A DNA stretch of 64,000 nucleotides, taken from Alphaproteobacteria bacterium (lineage in GTDB: Bacteria > Pseudomonadota > Alphaproteobacteria > GCA-2746255). The stretch is from contig OZ252220.1 in assembly GCA_965249135.1 (NCBI GenBank), forward strand, positions 800,001-864,000, read 5' to 3'. Below are positions 44,115 through 53,269 of the stretch, piece after piece. The notes beneath the pieces were generated by a model that saw only the letters and a program-made list of their open reading frames with translations, was not told the origin of the DNA and searched no databases. Numbering within the stretch: the stretch's first letter is position 1; each line of letters starts with the position of its first letter. The position numbers and the translations under genes are program-made.

Positions 44115-44987
44115 ATGGGCGAAGCTCGGTTCCAGGGAAGGTTGGATGACGTAAAGGCGGATCGCCGCCACGGGGCGGGCGAGCTCGCGCGTCTTTCCTT
44201 ACAAATCCTTTCCGAATCTGCAAAGACGGCAGAAGTGGGTTGCGGGCCGGCGTTGAAGCAAACTCTTCTCAAGCGCGCCGATCGCCTGATCCAGGCACGG
44301 CCCAGCATGGTGGCGATCGGGAACCTGCTTGGCCTTTTCAAGGAACGCTTAGGTCCCGCGCCGGACGGCAACCTTGCCGCCTTTCGCGCATTCGCCGCCG
44401 CCCAAGCAAACGCGCTGATCCATGAATCCGAAACCGCCGCCTCCCAGGCGGCTGCCCACGCCGCCGCCGCACTTGGCGAAAGAAGCGTCGTTTTTACCCA
44501 CAGCCTGAGCTCGACGGTCCTTTACGTCTTCCAAGACTTGAAGGAACTGGGCGTGCGCGCGATCGTGACCGAGTCGCGCCCCCTTTTCGAAGGCCATGCC
44601 CTTGCCGAACGGCTTTCGAAATGGGCGATCCCGACAACGCTGATCACGGATGCCGAAATCGGCCTCTTCACTAGGCAAGCGGACGCCGTCCTCGTCGGCG
44701 CAGACGCGGTGCTTAGTGACGGCTCCGTCCTGAACAAAGTCGGCACCTACCCGCTCGCCCTTGCCGCCTTTGATCACGGCATCCCCTTCTTCGTCTGTGC
44801 AGAAGGATTCAAATGGGCGGCGGACGACGGGGAGGCGGGCGAGCTCGAGGCGATGGACCCGGCCGAGCTGGGCGCGCCGGCCCTTGCCCATGTCACCGTC
44901 CGGAACGTCTATTTCGATCGAACCCCTTCCCGGCTGATCACCGCCTACTTCAACGAGAAGGGCCGGATCGAAGGAGCTGCACCATGA
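44115..44987 (+). CDS. eIF-2B alpha/beta/delta-related (IF-2B family) protein
   Basis: HGA, ARPSMVAIGN, THSLSSTV, ESRPLFEG, VGADAV...NKVGT, YFDRTP. Confidence 0.88.
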   Translation: MGEARFQGRLDDVKADRRHGAGELARLSLQILSESAKTAEVGCGPALKQTLLKRADRLIQARPSMVAIGNLLGLFKERLGPAPDGNLAAFRAFAAAQANALIHESETAASQAAAHAAAALGERSVVFTHSLSSTVLYVFQDLKELGVRAIVTESRPLFEGHALAERLSKWAIPTTLITDAEIGLFTRQADAVLVGADAVLSDGSVLNKVGTYPLALAAFDHGIPFFVCAEGFKWAADDGEAGELEAMDPAELGAPALAHVTVRNVYFDRTPSRLITAYFNEKGRIEGAAP

Positions 44988-45367
44988 ACACAGGCCCTTC
45001 CCCTGCTGTCAGGGACTGGGTCGGTCGGCCCGGTCCTTTTTTGCTTGCCTGGGGTTTGCCGGCCTTGTTGTGGATCGCCGGCATCGCGCTTGCCGATCAT
45101 CGAACCGGCCTTTGGTTCTTCGCCCTTTGCTGGATGGGCGCCGCCTGTCTTTTGAACGCGGCGCGCTGTGGGCGGCGGCATTGTTACTTCACCGGGCCAT
45201 TCTTCTTGAGCCTTGCCGTCGCCACGCTGCTGCACGGGACGGGCGTGCTTTCGCTCGGCGCAAACGGCTGGCTTTGGCTCGGCCTGCTCACGCTCGCAGG
45301 CGGCGGCCTGCTTTGGTGGTTGCCGGAACGCCTAAAAGGCAGGTTCGTAGGCCTCCCTCCGTGCTAG
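44984..45367 (+). CDS. Small membrane protein
   Basis: Four hydrophobic segments; CLLNAARCGRRHCYFTGP motif. Confidence 0.75.
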   Translation: MNTGPSPAVRDWVGRPGPFLLAWGLPALLWIAGIALADHRTGLWFFALCWMGAACLLNAARCGRRHCYFTGPFFLSLAVATLLHGTGVLSLGANGWLWLGLLTLAGGGLLWWLPERLKGRFVGLPPC

Positions 45368-45388
45368 GCTTCACCACGGAGAAAAACT

Positions 45389-45838
45389 TTGCCGCACGTC
45401 TTCGAAATCGAGCGCCTTGTCGATGCCCCGGTCACGAAGGCTTGGCCGGTCGTCTCCGACGTCGTCGGCTATGCGGACGTCGCCCCCAATTTAAGCCGGG
45501 CGGAAGTCGTAAGCGGCGAAGGCCAGGGCATGGTGCGGCGCTGTTACGACACGAAGGGCAAGGGCTGGAACGAAACCTGCTCGCTTTGGGAGGAAGGCTA
45601 TCGTTACCAGATGGTCGTCGACACCGCCGCGCCGGACTACCCCTATCCCATGAAAGCGATGCAGGGCGCCTGGAGCGTCGAGCCTGCCGGTGACGCGACG
45701 CGCATCCGCATGCGTTTCGAATACACGTTGAAAGGCGGACCGCTCGGCAAGCTGATGGGCTTCCTGATGCGTCCCGTCTTCGCGAAGGTCTGCAACGAGC
45801 TTCTCGACAATTGGGAGAAGAAGATCCTTGGCAAATAA
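45389..45838 (+). CDS. SRPBCC / polyketide cyclase family protein
   Basis: DAPVTKAWPVVSD...GQGMVRRC...C-terminal helix. Confidence 0.8.
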   Translation: MPHVFEIERLVDAPVTKAWPVVSDVVGYADVAPNLSRAEVVSGEGQGMVRRCYDTKGKGWNETCSLWEEGYRYQMVVDTAAPDYPYPMKAMQGAWSVEPAGDATRIRMRFEYTLKGGPLGKLMGFLMRPVFAKVCNELLDNWEKKILGK

Positions 45839-45851
45839 AACCCGATGCGTC

Positions 45852-46424
45852 CTAGCTTTCGACCTTCAACTCGGCGTCGAGGCGGATTGGCTGAGAGACG
45901 TTGAAGTAGTTGGGCGAGGTCCGCATCACGTTCTCGTGGATTTCCTGGAACTGCTCGGCCGTGCCGTTTCCCTTGATCCGCACGACGTACTGGATGGAAT
46001 CATAACCAGGCTTCACGTTCTCATCGAGCCCTAAGAAGCCGCGAAGATCAAGCTCGCCGGAGGTCTCGATCTCGAGCCTTTCGAGCGTGATGCCGTTCAC
46101 CGCCGCGCCCGCCACGTAGCCGACCAGGATGCAGGCGTTCAACGCCGTCATCAGGACTTCCTGGGGGTTCGGCGCGGTGTTCCCGCCCAAGAGTTCGAAG
46201 GGCTCGTCGACCGGAATCGTGAAACTCCGTTTCACCTCTTCGCCACCGATCCTGTAGGACTCGACACGCGTTTCGCTCTTCGTCTGGCCCTTCCAGGCCG
46301 AGGTCACCCGAAAGGCGACCTTCGCCTTCGACGGGTCCTTCTGAATTTCCTCGACGACGTTGGCAAGCGCGTCCAGGTCGAGCCCGTTCACCCGGCTTTC
46401 GGCCTTTGTCTCGGCTTCGGCCAC
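45852..46424 (-). CDS. OsmC family protein
   Basis: VNGLD, DEPFELLGGNTAPNPQE..LNAC, LDLRGFLG; GTG start with GAGGAGG RBS. Confidence 0.88.
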   Translation of the reverse strand: MAEAETKAESRVNGLDLDALANVVEEIQKDPSKAKVAFRVTSAWKGQTKSETRVESYRIGGEEVKRSFTIPVDEPFELLGGNTAPNPQEVLMTALNACILVGYVAGAAVNGITLERLEIETSGELDLRGFLGLDENVKPGYDSIQYVVRIKGNGTAEQFQEIHENVMRTSPNYFNVSQPIRLDAELKVES

Positions 46425-46501
46425 CGCTTCCTCCTCTTTGATACCGGTTTCTTGTTCGCTTAAGCCCTTATACTGCGGAAAGCCGGGGAATAGAAGAAGG
46501 G

Positions 46502-47395
46502 CTAGCGCCGCCAGTCCCCATGCTCCTGAAGCCATTCCTCCGTGAAGGTCTCGGCGATGGCGATCTCGGTGGCCGTCATCTCAGCCGCGATCCTGTCCCG
46601 CGCCGCAACCGCGCCCCTAAAGCCCTGGTCGAGCGCGATGCTGAACCACTGATAGGCCTGGATCGCATCCTTCGGGCCGCCGCGCCCTTGCGCATGGATT
46701 TCGCCCAGGTCGAACTGGGCGAAGACGTAGCCCTGCTCGGCCGCCTTATTGAGCCATTCGATGGCAAGCTTTGCATCCTTCGCCACCCCGTTGCCTTCAA
46801 GCAGGTGCGTGCCAAGGCGATGCTGGGCGGCGGCCTGGCCCTGCTTCGCCGCCTTGCCAAACCAGCGAACGGCTTCCTCTTGGTCCTCCGCCACCCCCTT
46901 CCCCTGGCTGTAGGCGAGGCCCAGATTGTGCTGGGCGAAGACGAAGCCCTGGTCGGCGGCTTTCTCGAACCACTTCATGGCCTCTTCCAGACTTTTCTCG
47001 ACGCCGATCCCTTGCGCATGGAAGACGCCCATGTTGCCTTGGGCCTCGACGAGCCCCTGATCGGCCGCCTTGCGGACCCAGGCGATGGCCTTTTCTGCGT
47101 CCGGCGGCACGCCGCGCCCGCGCGCGTAAGCAAGGCCGAGTTTGTTCTGGGCATGGGCATAGCCCTGATCGGCGGCCTTGCGGAAACGCCGCGTCGCCTC
47201 CCCATAGCTTTGCCGGACGCCGCGGCCGTCCTCGTAGCGAAGGCCGAGCTTATAAAGCGCCGCCGGATCGCCGGCTTCCGCCTTCGTGACTAGGCTCTCG
47301 ACACTTTCTTCCGCGCCGGAGCTTATGTACTGGGTGACGGCGAAGACAAGCGCCGCCGCTACCAGCACGCCCACCCATGGCAGCACCTTCTTCAC
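46502..47395 (-). CDS. Sel1 repeat protein
   Basis: Six repeats of the AQxxLGxxYxxGxGV...A..WF.KAA.QG type; N-terminal TM. Confidence 0.93.
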   Translation of the reverse strand: MKKVLPWVGVLVAAALVFAVTQYISSGAEESVESLVTKAEAGDPAALYKLGLRYEDGRGVRQSYGEATRRFRKAADQGYAHAQNKLGLAYARGRGVPPDAEKAIAWVRKAADQGLVEAQGNMGVFHAQGIGVEKSLEEAMKWFEKAADQGFVFAQHNLGLAYSQGKGVAEDQEEAVRWFGKAAKQGQAAAQHRLGTHLLEGNGVAKDAKLAIEWLNKAAEQGYVFAQFDLGEIHAQGRGGPKDAIQAYQWFSIALDQGFRGAVAARDRIAAEMTATEIAIAETFTEEWLQEHGDWRR

Positions 47396-48099
47396 GGGCG
47401 TTGTCGGCGCTCCCAAAGACGCCAGGCCACCCAAAGATTGACCAGCAAGAAGAGTGGGACGCCGAACATCGGCGCGTTCGACATCGGATAGGTGAAGGCG
47501 GCGCGGGCGTCCGGCAGGCTAGTGAACAGCTGAAGCGGACCGGGAAGCCCGAGCTGCAACACGATCGGGGCGCCCGGCACGATGACCAGGATGCCGATCA
47601 GATTCCAGATGAGGAAGCCCCGCTCGCTCAACCGGCCCCGCCTCGCCTGTGCTGCGATCCAAAGCGCCGAAAGCCCGAACAAAAAGTCCGGGACACCGAC
47701 GACGAACTCGAAGGAGGCCGGAAATTCTCCGATCCACGTCTTATAGGCCGTTCCGATCGCGGCGATGCGAAGCGCGTGAAAGGTGGCGAACCAGTGCATG
47801 GGCGTCGCATCGACGATCCCGCGCATGGCTGCGCGCAAATCCTTGAACAGGAGAACGGGAAGAAGACCTACGAGAAACGGAAACGCAAGCAGGGTTGGCA
47901 TCCAAAGGATCAGCCACTCCTCCAGAAAGAACCCGCGGGCGCCAAGCACGCTTGCGAGGACGCCGTAAGCGGTGAACCAAAGAAGGAGTCCGAAGATGGG
48001 GCCTGGCTTGATGGCCCCCTTGCGGCCGGCCCGCCAGGCCAGCAGCAGCACGAAACCGAGCTCGGCGGCCAGCAGAAAGGGGATGAGCGAAAGTTGCAT
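47392..48099 (-). CDS. Hypothetical multi-pass membrane protein
   Basis: Seven hydrophobic segments; FHALRI, PDFLFG, WNLIG, YPM. Confidence 0.75.
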   Translation of the reverse strand: MQLSLIPFLLAAELGFVLLLAWRAGRKGAIKPGPIFGLLLWFTAYGVLASVLGARGFFLEEWLILWMPTLLAFPFLVGLLPVLLFKDLRAAMRGIVDATPMHWFATFHALRIAAIGTAYKTWIGEFPASFEFVVGVPDFLFGLSALWIAAQARRGRLSERGFLIWNLIGILVIVPGAPIVLQLGLPGPLQLFTSLPDARAAFTYPMSNAPMFGVPLFLLVNLWVAWRLWERRQRP

Positions 48100-48119
48100 G
48101 AGCGGACCTTACCCGAAGA

Positions 48120-49181
48120 CTAAACCCCGACGCAGTCGAGCACGACCCGCCCCAGCACTTCTCCTGCGCGCAGGTCGTCCAGCGTCCGGCTTGCCTGATC
48201 CAGCGGGCGCGTCTCAAGCGGGATCGGATCGACGCGGCCCGCCTTCACCAGGTCGAGCATCTCTTTCGTCTCCGAAAGCGACCCCACATAGGAGCCGATG
48301 AGCGAGATCGCCCGCAGCGGAAACATCGGGATCGGCATGGAAAAGCGTCCGCCGAAGAGACCGACGATGACGACCTTGCCTCCCTTTCGCGCGACCCGGT
48401 TCGCAAATCCAAGGCTTGCCTCGGAGCCCACGAAATCGATCGCGGCGGCCACGCCCCCCTTCGTCTCCTTCAACAGGCGTTTTGCGGCGTCTTCTTCCGA
48501 CGTGTTGGTGACAAGCGCCGCCCCGGCCTTCGCGGCCACTTTGAGCTTCCGTTCATCGACGTCGGCCCCGATTAGTTGGGCCTTGGGGAAAAGCGCGCGC
48601 GCGAACTGAAGCCCCATCATGCCGACGCCGCCAAGACCGACGATGGCAATTGCTTCGCCTTCGCCTACGTCTCCGATTTTCTTCAAGGCACTGAAGGCGG
48701 TGAGGCCCGAGCACATAGTGGTCGCGGCCAGGTCCGCAGGAATCCCCTCATGGTCGAGCAGGTAGCGCGGGTGCGGCACCAGCACGTGGTCGCTGTAGCC
48801 GCCGTCCAAATTGACGCCAAGGGCGCGAGGCTGGTTGCACATATGCTCCCAGCCTCCTTTACAGACCGCGCATTCGCCGCAACCGATCCAGGGGAAGACG
48901 ACGCACTTCTCGCCGACGCTCACCCCCTTTGCTTGCTCCCCTATTGCGGCGACCTCGCCCTCGATCTCGTGGCCAAGGGTGAAGGGAAGTGCGTGCAGCC
49001 CGGTCGTGTCCAGCTTCTTCTCGAGCCCGAGTGAGAAATAGCCGTCATGGAGATGCACGTCCGAGTGACAGACGCCGCAATGGGCGACGCGTAGGAGGAC
49101 TTCCGTGCCCTTTGGGGCCGGATCCGCCTTCACGACGGCCTCGAGCGGCGCGCCGTGCGCGACGATCACCTGGCTTTTCAA
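48120..49181 (-). CDS. Zinc-dependent alcohol dehydrogenase
   Basis: GVCHSD, GHE, CGECAVC..C, GLGGVG. Confidence 0.94.
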   Translation of the reverse strand: MKSQVIVAHGAPLEAVVKADPAPKGTEVLLRVAHCGVCHSDVHLHDGYFSLGLEKKLDTTGLHALPFTLGHEIEGEVAAIGEQAKGVSVGEKCVVFPWIGCGECAVCKGGWEHMCNQPRALGVNLDGGYSDHVLVPHPRYLLDHEGIPADLAATTMCSGLTAFSALKKIGDVGEGEAIAIVGLGGVGMMGLQFARALFPKAQLIGADVDERKLKVAAKAGAALVTNTSEEDAAKRLLKETKGGVAAAIDFVGSEASLGFANRVARKGGKVVIVGLFGGRFSMPIPMFPLRAISLIGSYVGSLSETKEMLDLVKAGRVDPIPLETRPLDQASRTLDDLRAGEVLGRVVLDCVGV

Positions 49182-49220
49182 AGCACGCCTCCCCTCGCCT
49201 GTACCGATCTTAACCGCCGG

Positions 49221-49532
49221 TTATTTCTTCTCGCCGTGCATTTCCTCGACGTGTTGGCGCATACGCTCTCCACGGTGGCCTTTAGGATGGCCATAACGGC
49301 CATCCTGCATCCCTTCCATGAACCCGTGCATCCCCTTGCCCATCATGTGATGGCCAGAGACGGCCATATAGCCGCCGGCAAGGACGGGCAAGGCCGCGAG
49401 CACGAAGATCCAGATGGCCAGGATGCGGCCAAATTTGCCAAGCGTCCCTTCCGCCTTGCCGGCGGCGAAAAGGACGAAATAACCGACCGTCACGATCACC
49501 GTTCCTAAGATCAAGCCGCATAAGATGAACAT
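49221..49532 (-). CDS. Small membrane protein with His/Met/Gly-rich tail
   Basis: Two TM segments; GYFVLF motif; AAGGAGG RBS. Confidence 0.7.
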   Translation of the reverse strand: MFILCGLILGTVIVTVGYFVLFAAGKAEGTLGKFGRILAIWIFVLAALPVLAGGYMAVSGHHMMGKGMHGFMEGMQDGRYGHPKGHRGERMRQHVEEMHGEKK

Positions 49533-49600
49533 CGCTTCCTCCTTAAACCCTTTTGCAGGGCATTGTTTTTCGCCGGAATCATCCCATATAGAACCATAGA

Positions 49601-49771
49601 ATGAAAGTTGACGCCAAATCCATAGACACCGTCTGCGAACGCCCCGATGAGGCGGAGGTGAGGCAGCGCGCCTGCCTCATGTGCGCGGAACTCTTCGAGA
49701 GCGCCTGGGCGGGCGAGCGTATCTGTACAAAATGCAAATCCCGCTCCGGCTGGCGCGGGGGCCGCGGCTGA
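49601..49771 (+). CDS. 56-aa zinc-finger microprotein (CxxC...CxxC)
   Basis: Manual translation MKVDAKSIDTVCERPDEAEVRQRACLMCAELFESAWAGERICTKCKSRSGWRGGRG*; below the ORF-track cutoff. Confidence 0.75.
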   Translation: MKVDAKSIDTVCERPDEAEVRQRACLMCAELFESAWAGERICTKCKSRSGWRGGRG

Positions 49772-49806
49772 CCGCCCCTCGACGATAGCTAGCAGAAGTG
49801 AATAAA

Positions 49807-50022
49807 ATGAATATTGAGGATGTGTTTAAGCTAGTCGAGGATGGAAAGATCACCGAAGCCAAAGCTCTGATGAAGACATTGATTGAGAAAGCAAAGAATG
49901 AGCCCGATGAATTCATAATCAATGCCGACCGTTCGGTCGTTTACAAGCGCCGCGGGAAGCTCGTCGTACAGGATGAAGGTGGCAATTGGAAACTCAAAAA
50001 CCCTCCCCAGCGGAAAAGATAA
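49807..50022 (+). CDS. Hypothetical small protein (low GC)
   Basis: Open frame of ~71 aa with protein-like composition; no recognised motif. Confidence 0.5.
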   Translation: MNIEDVFKLVEDGKITEAKALMKTLIEKAKNEPDEFIINADRSVVYKRRGKLVVQDEGGNWKLKNPPQRKR

Positions 50023-50109
50023 AGAGTCGCTCTAAACGCTGACCGCCCATTGACGGCCCACACCTTGCCGTCTACCTCGGCGTGCCGATCCCACCCAAAT
50101 TACCACACG

Positions 50110-51104
50110 TCATTCTTTTTCCACTTCCGGCGTGTCATGCTCCCAAATCGACATGTCAATGTCGGGAAAAACGTGCAGCATGTTGGTCTCGTCTTCTGGA
50201 GTCAAAGAAAGGACTAGGCTCGCAAGTATGCCCCGACCAATTTTCACATGTTTGTGCAGTTCATTGAATTCATCGTACTTCACACTTCCGCTTCCCATAT
50301 ATGCATCGAATCCTTTAAATGGAAACTCGTGATGCAGCAGCAAGATCGGGAATATAAAGCTCGCGTACATAAAGATCGTACCCACTGATCCTCCCGATTT
50401 GTCGCCCCACATACCAAGCCAACTCTCGTCATCATACTTCGCCTTAAGCGGTATGGCGGTGATCATGCCACCCATAAAACTTGGGTGGATCATTGACGAG
50501 AGATCTTTTTTCGAGCTATTGCCCCAATTCGAAAACCATTCCGCCGTTTCACGGTCCCCCTCTCCGAAAAAAATTCTTGCCATGACGCCGGCATCTTTTT
50601 CCGAATCCCGCCACGCCGAAGATGGGTTTTCCAAAATTCATCTGCCGCCTCTGGCTCGCCAGTATTTACGAATTCCCCTGCCAACTGAGGCTCGCTTAGG
50701 ATCGCTATTGGCAATTCCATATATTCCGAAGCCGGGCGCAGCAACGTCCTTGCTGACGCGTCGAAGCCGAGAAAAATCAAGTGACGGATTGCGGTGGAGT
50801 CGCCGATGATTTTCATCAGTAACATCACTACAGACCTATCGAAGTTCGTAAACTCAGCTGTTCCCCGTCGTTCAGGTTAGAAGATAGTGAAAAGGCTTAG
50901 TTGCCAACTAATGAATTCGTCAAGGATAGCCACCCAGAGATCAACGTAAGGCATATCGAGTTTGGCATTTCGCTGCATAGAATGCTCGACAAGCTCGCTG
51001 ACGGCAATCCCCATGCGCTGGTCGTCAGCAAGCTCACAACCATGTTCTTCCCATCTCTCCCGCAAATAGGTTTCAAGGTTATTCTTGGTAAACATGCTCG
51101 ACAT
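50110..51104 (-). pseudogene. Low-GC ~330-aa helical protein (DUF5677/HEPN-like?), split into three ORFs
   Basis: ORFs 50877-51131 and 50490-50828 are in frame, separated by one TAA at 50877-50879. A shift at the A7 run near 50570 leads into 50110-50634. GFDASARTLLR...E and LSSMIHPS motifs; GGAGA RBS. Confidence 0.6.
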
Positions 51105-51293
51105 TCTCCGTCCCAAAGTTCGATGCCACACCGCATCACCCAGACAGGGCGCATACTATCATTTCCGAATGGTAGAGGGCTGGAATAAGACCGACTCGCA
51201 AAGCGGGTTTTATGTGACTCGAGCCCGTTCATGAAAAGGCGTAGGCTGATGGATGCGTTGCGCGCGCGTCTTCTTTGTTCGGGGGGGAACATC

Positions 51294-52574
51294 ATGTTGA
51301 CGTCTTGCAAAACTTGTATCCTTTTTCTTTTCATCGCCTTTTTCGCGTTCGTTTCCGCGCCCGCTTCCGCCGAAGAAGTGGCCGAAGGAACCGTCATCAG
51401 TGCCGCCAACCTCGGCAAGCTGTCGAGCCAGACCTTCGAGGGCGATACGATCGCAAGCCTGTTGCCAGACACGATGCAAACCTGGATCCGGGACCGGGGG
51501 CTGAAGATGGAGCTTGTGTACACGAAGCCTTACCCGAAGGATCCGAAACTGATGGCGTGGACCGAGAAAAACCGGACGGCCGTCACGCTGAACAAGGAGA
51601 GGAAGGTTCAAGGCTGGCAGGCGGGCGTTCCCTTCCCCGATATCGAATTAAGCGATCCGGATGCCGCCATCAAGGTCGTCTACAACATGTATTACGGCAA
51701 GCCGCGCGGCGACAGTCAGGACCTGTCGAAGGTGTGGACGATTTTTGTGGATGGCAAAAGCGGCGTCGAACGCTCCCGCCACGAACGGATCGTCCGGGTC
51801 TTCATGAAAGGCCTGCTGCGTCACGAGGAGGGTCCGGTGCTTGGCGACGGAAACATCCTCGAGAAACGGGTCGGCATCCTCTTGAGCCCGCAGGATCAAC
51901 GAGGCGAGGGCTCGTACCTCATTCGGTACGACAACGGCCAACTCGACGACATCATCGCCTATCCGATCAAGACGCGGAAGGCGCGCCGGATTTCCGGCGG
52001 CACCTGGATGGACCCCTCGCCGCCCACGGATTTCGTCGGCGACGACTTCGTCATCGCCAGCGCCTTTCCGACCTGGTATCCGAGCTACAAGATTCTTGCG
52101 AAGAAGAAGATCCTGGTCGTAGCCAACTCGCAGAATCCGAACTGGAAGCCATACAAAACCGGCGACGAACATCCCTCTTTCGATCTCAAGCATGCGCCCT
52201 ACTGGAACCCGACCGACAAGTGGGAGCCGCGTGAGGTCTACGTCGTAGAGGCGATCGCCCCGAAAGAGCACCCTTACGGGAAGAAGGTCCTCTATATCGA
52301 CGCCAACAACTGGAACCCGTATATCGGAGAATATTACGACAACGAGGGCGCCTACTGGAAAATCGCCATCCTTTCCTACCGCCTTTTCCAACTGAAGGAT
52401 GATCCCGAGGCGTGGATCGTCTGGCCGCCCTGGTCCGTGAACGTGGACTGGAAGCGAAACCATGCGACGGTCGTCCTGGACGACAGCGCGCTTGAGGCGT
52501 ACGCCTTCAACTCCAGCGTGCAGCCGGGAGACCTCAACGTCCAGTTCATCGTAAAGGAAGGAAAGAAAGAGTAA
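51294..52574 (+). CDS. DUF1329 (LolA-like) periplasmic protein, paralog 3
   Basis: Signal peptide; GWQAGVPFP, RKARRISGG, WEPREVYVVEA, HPYGKKVLYID. Confidence 0.85.
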   Translation: MLTSCKTCILFLFIAFFAFVSAPASAEEVAEGTVISAANLGKLSSQTFEGDTIASLLPDTMQTWIRDRGLKMELVYTKPYPKDPKLMAWTEKNRTAVTLNKERKVQGWQAGVPFPDIELSDPDAAIKVVYNMYYGKPRGDSQDLSKVWTIFVDGKSGVERSRHERIVRVFMKGLLRHEEGPVLGDGNILEKRVGILLSPQDQRGEGSYLIRYDNGQLDDIIAYPIKTRKARRISGGTWMDPSPPTDFVGDDFVIASAFPTWYPSYKILAKKKILVVANSQNPNWKPYKTGDEHPSFDLKHAPYWNPTDKWEPREVYVVEAIAPKEHPYGKKVLYIDANNWNPYIGEYYDNEGAYWKIAILSYRLFQLKDDPEAWIVWPPWSVNVDWKRNHATVVLDDSALEAYAFNSSVQPGDLNVQFIVKEGKKE

Positions 52575-52576
52575 GC

Positions 52577-52607
52577 CCGCCAAGCTTAAGGCGGATTCTA
52601 TTTTTTT
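52577..52607 (+). terminator. Putative terminator
   Basis: CCGCC-AAGCTTAA-GGCGG hairpin followed by a T-rich run. Confidence 0.5.
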
Positions 52608-52683
52608 ACTGGGCCTGCGTCTGGTTTGGCGGTCGATCCACCCTATATAGATGGACAAATCCCATCGATGCGTGGAGGCAGAC

Positions 52684-53127
52684 ATGTTTGGGAACCCGTC
52701 GCTGGTCACCCGGATCGCCATCGGCAAAGGCGTCGGCCTTGCCTTCGGGCTTCTCGGCCTCCTCCTCTTCCCCGTCTTCGTGCCGGAGGTGGGCTGGCTG
52801 CCGCGCATCGGCATCCTGCTCTGGTACACGACCCTGGGCGCGATCATCGGGGCGTTCGGCATCTTCACCTTCCACCCCGTCCTCAAATTCCCCCTGCCCT
52901 GGTGGTTCCGCGCGCCCTTCCTGGGCGCGTGGATGAACTTCGTCCTCACCTTCTTCGCCTATGACAGCTTCAAGACTTACATGGTTGCCATGTTCGGCGC
53001 CGACGGGGTGCTGCAGTCGCCCTTCTGGTTCACGGCCGAAGGCGCGCTCGTCGGGCTCGCCATCGGCTACTTTGCGACCCGCTATGGCGGCGAAGGCAAG
53101 GAAACGGTCGAGACGGTCGGCAAGTAA
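52684..53127 (+). CDS. Conserved hypothetical membrane protein
   Basis: SLVTRIAIGK, LLWYTTLGA, GAWMNFVL, GGEG; GGAGG RBS. Confidence 0.8.
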   Translation: MFGNPSLVTRIAIGKGVGLAFGLLGLLLFPVFVPEVGWLPRIGILLWYTTLGAIIGAFGIFTFHPVLKFPLPWWFRAPFLGAWMNFVLTFFAYDSFKTYMVAMFGADGVLQSPFWFTAEGALVGLAIGYFATRYGGEGKETVETVGK

Positions 53128-53142
53128 GCGTGATTTTTGGCG

Positions 53143-53218
53143 TGGCGTCCCCTAGGGGAGTCGAACCCCTGTTTTCGCCGTGAGAGGGCGATGTCCTGGG
53201 CCACTAGACGAAGGGGAC
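53143..53218 (-). tRNA. tRNA-Glu (anticodon CTC)
   Basis: GTCCCCTTCGTCTAGTGGCCCAGGACATCGCCCTCTCACGGCGAAAACAGGGGTTCGACTCCCCTAGGGGACGCCA; cloverleaf with encoded CCA. Confidence 0.97.
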
Positions 53219-53269
53219 CCTGCGAAGGCGCAGAGTCTTGCCCGATCCGCCGCTTGTGATCAAGCACCT

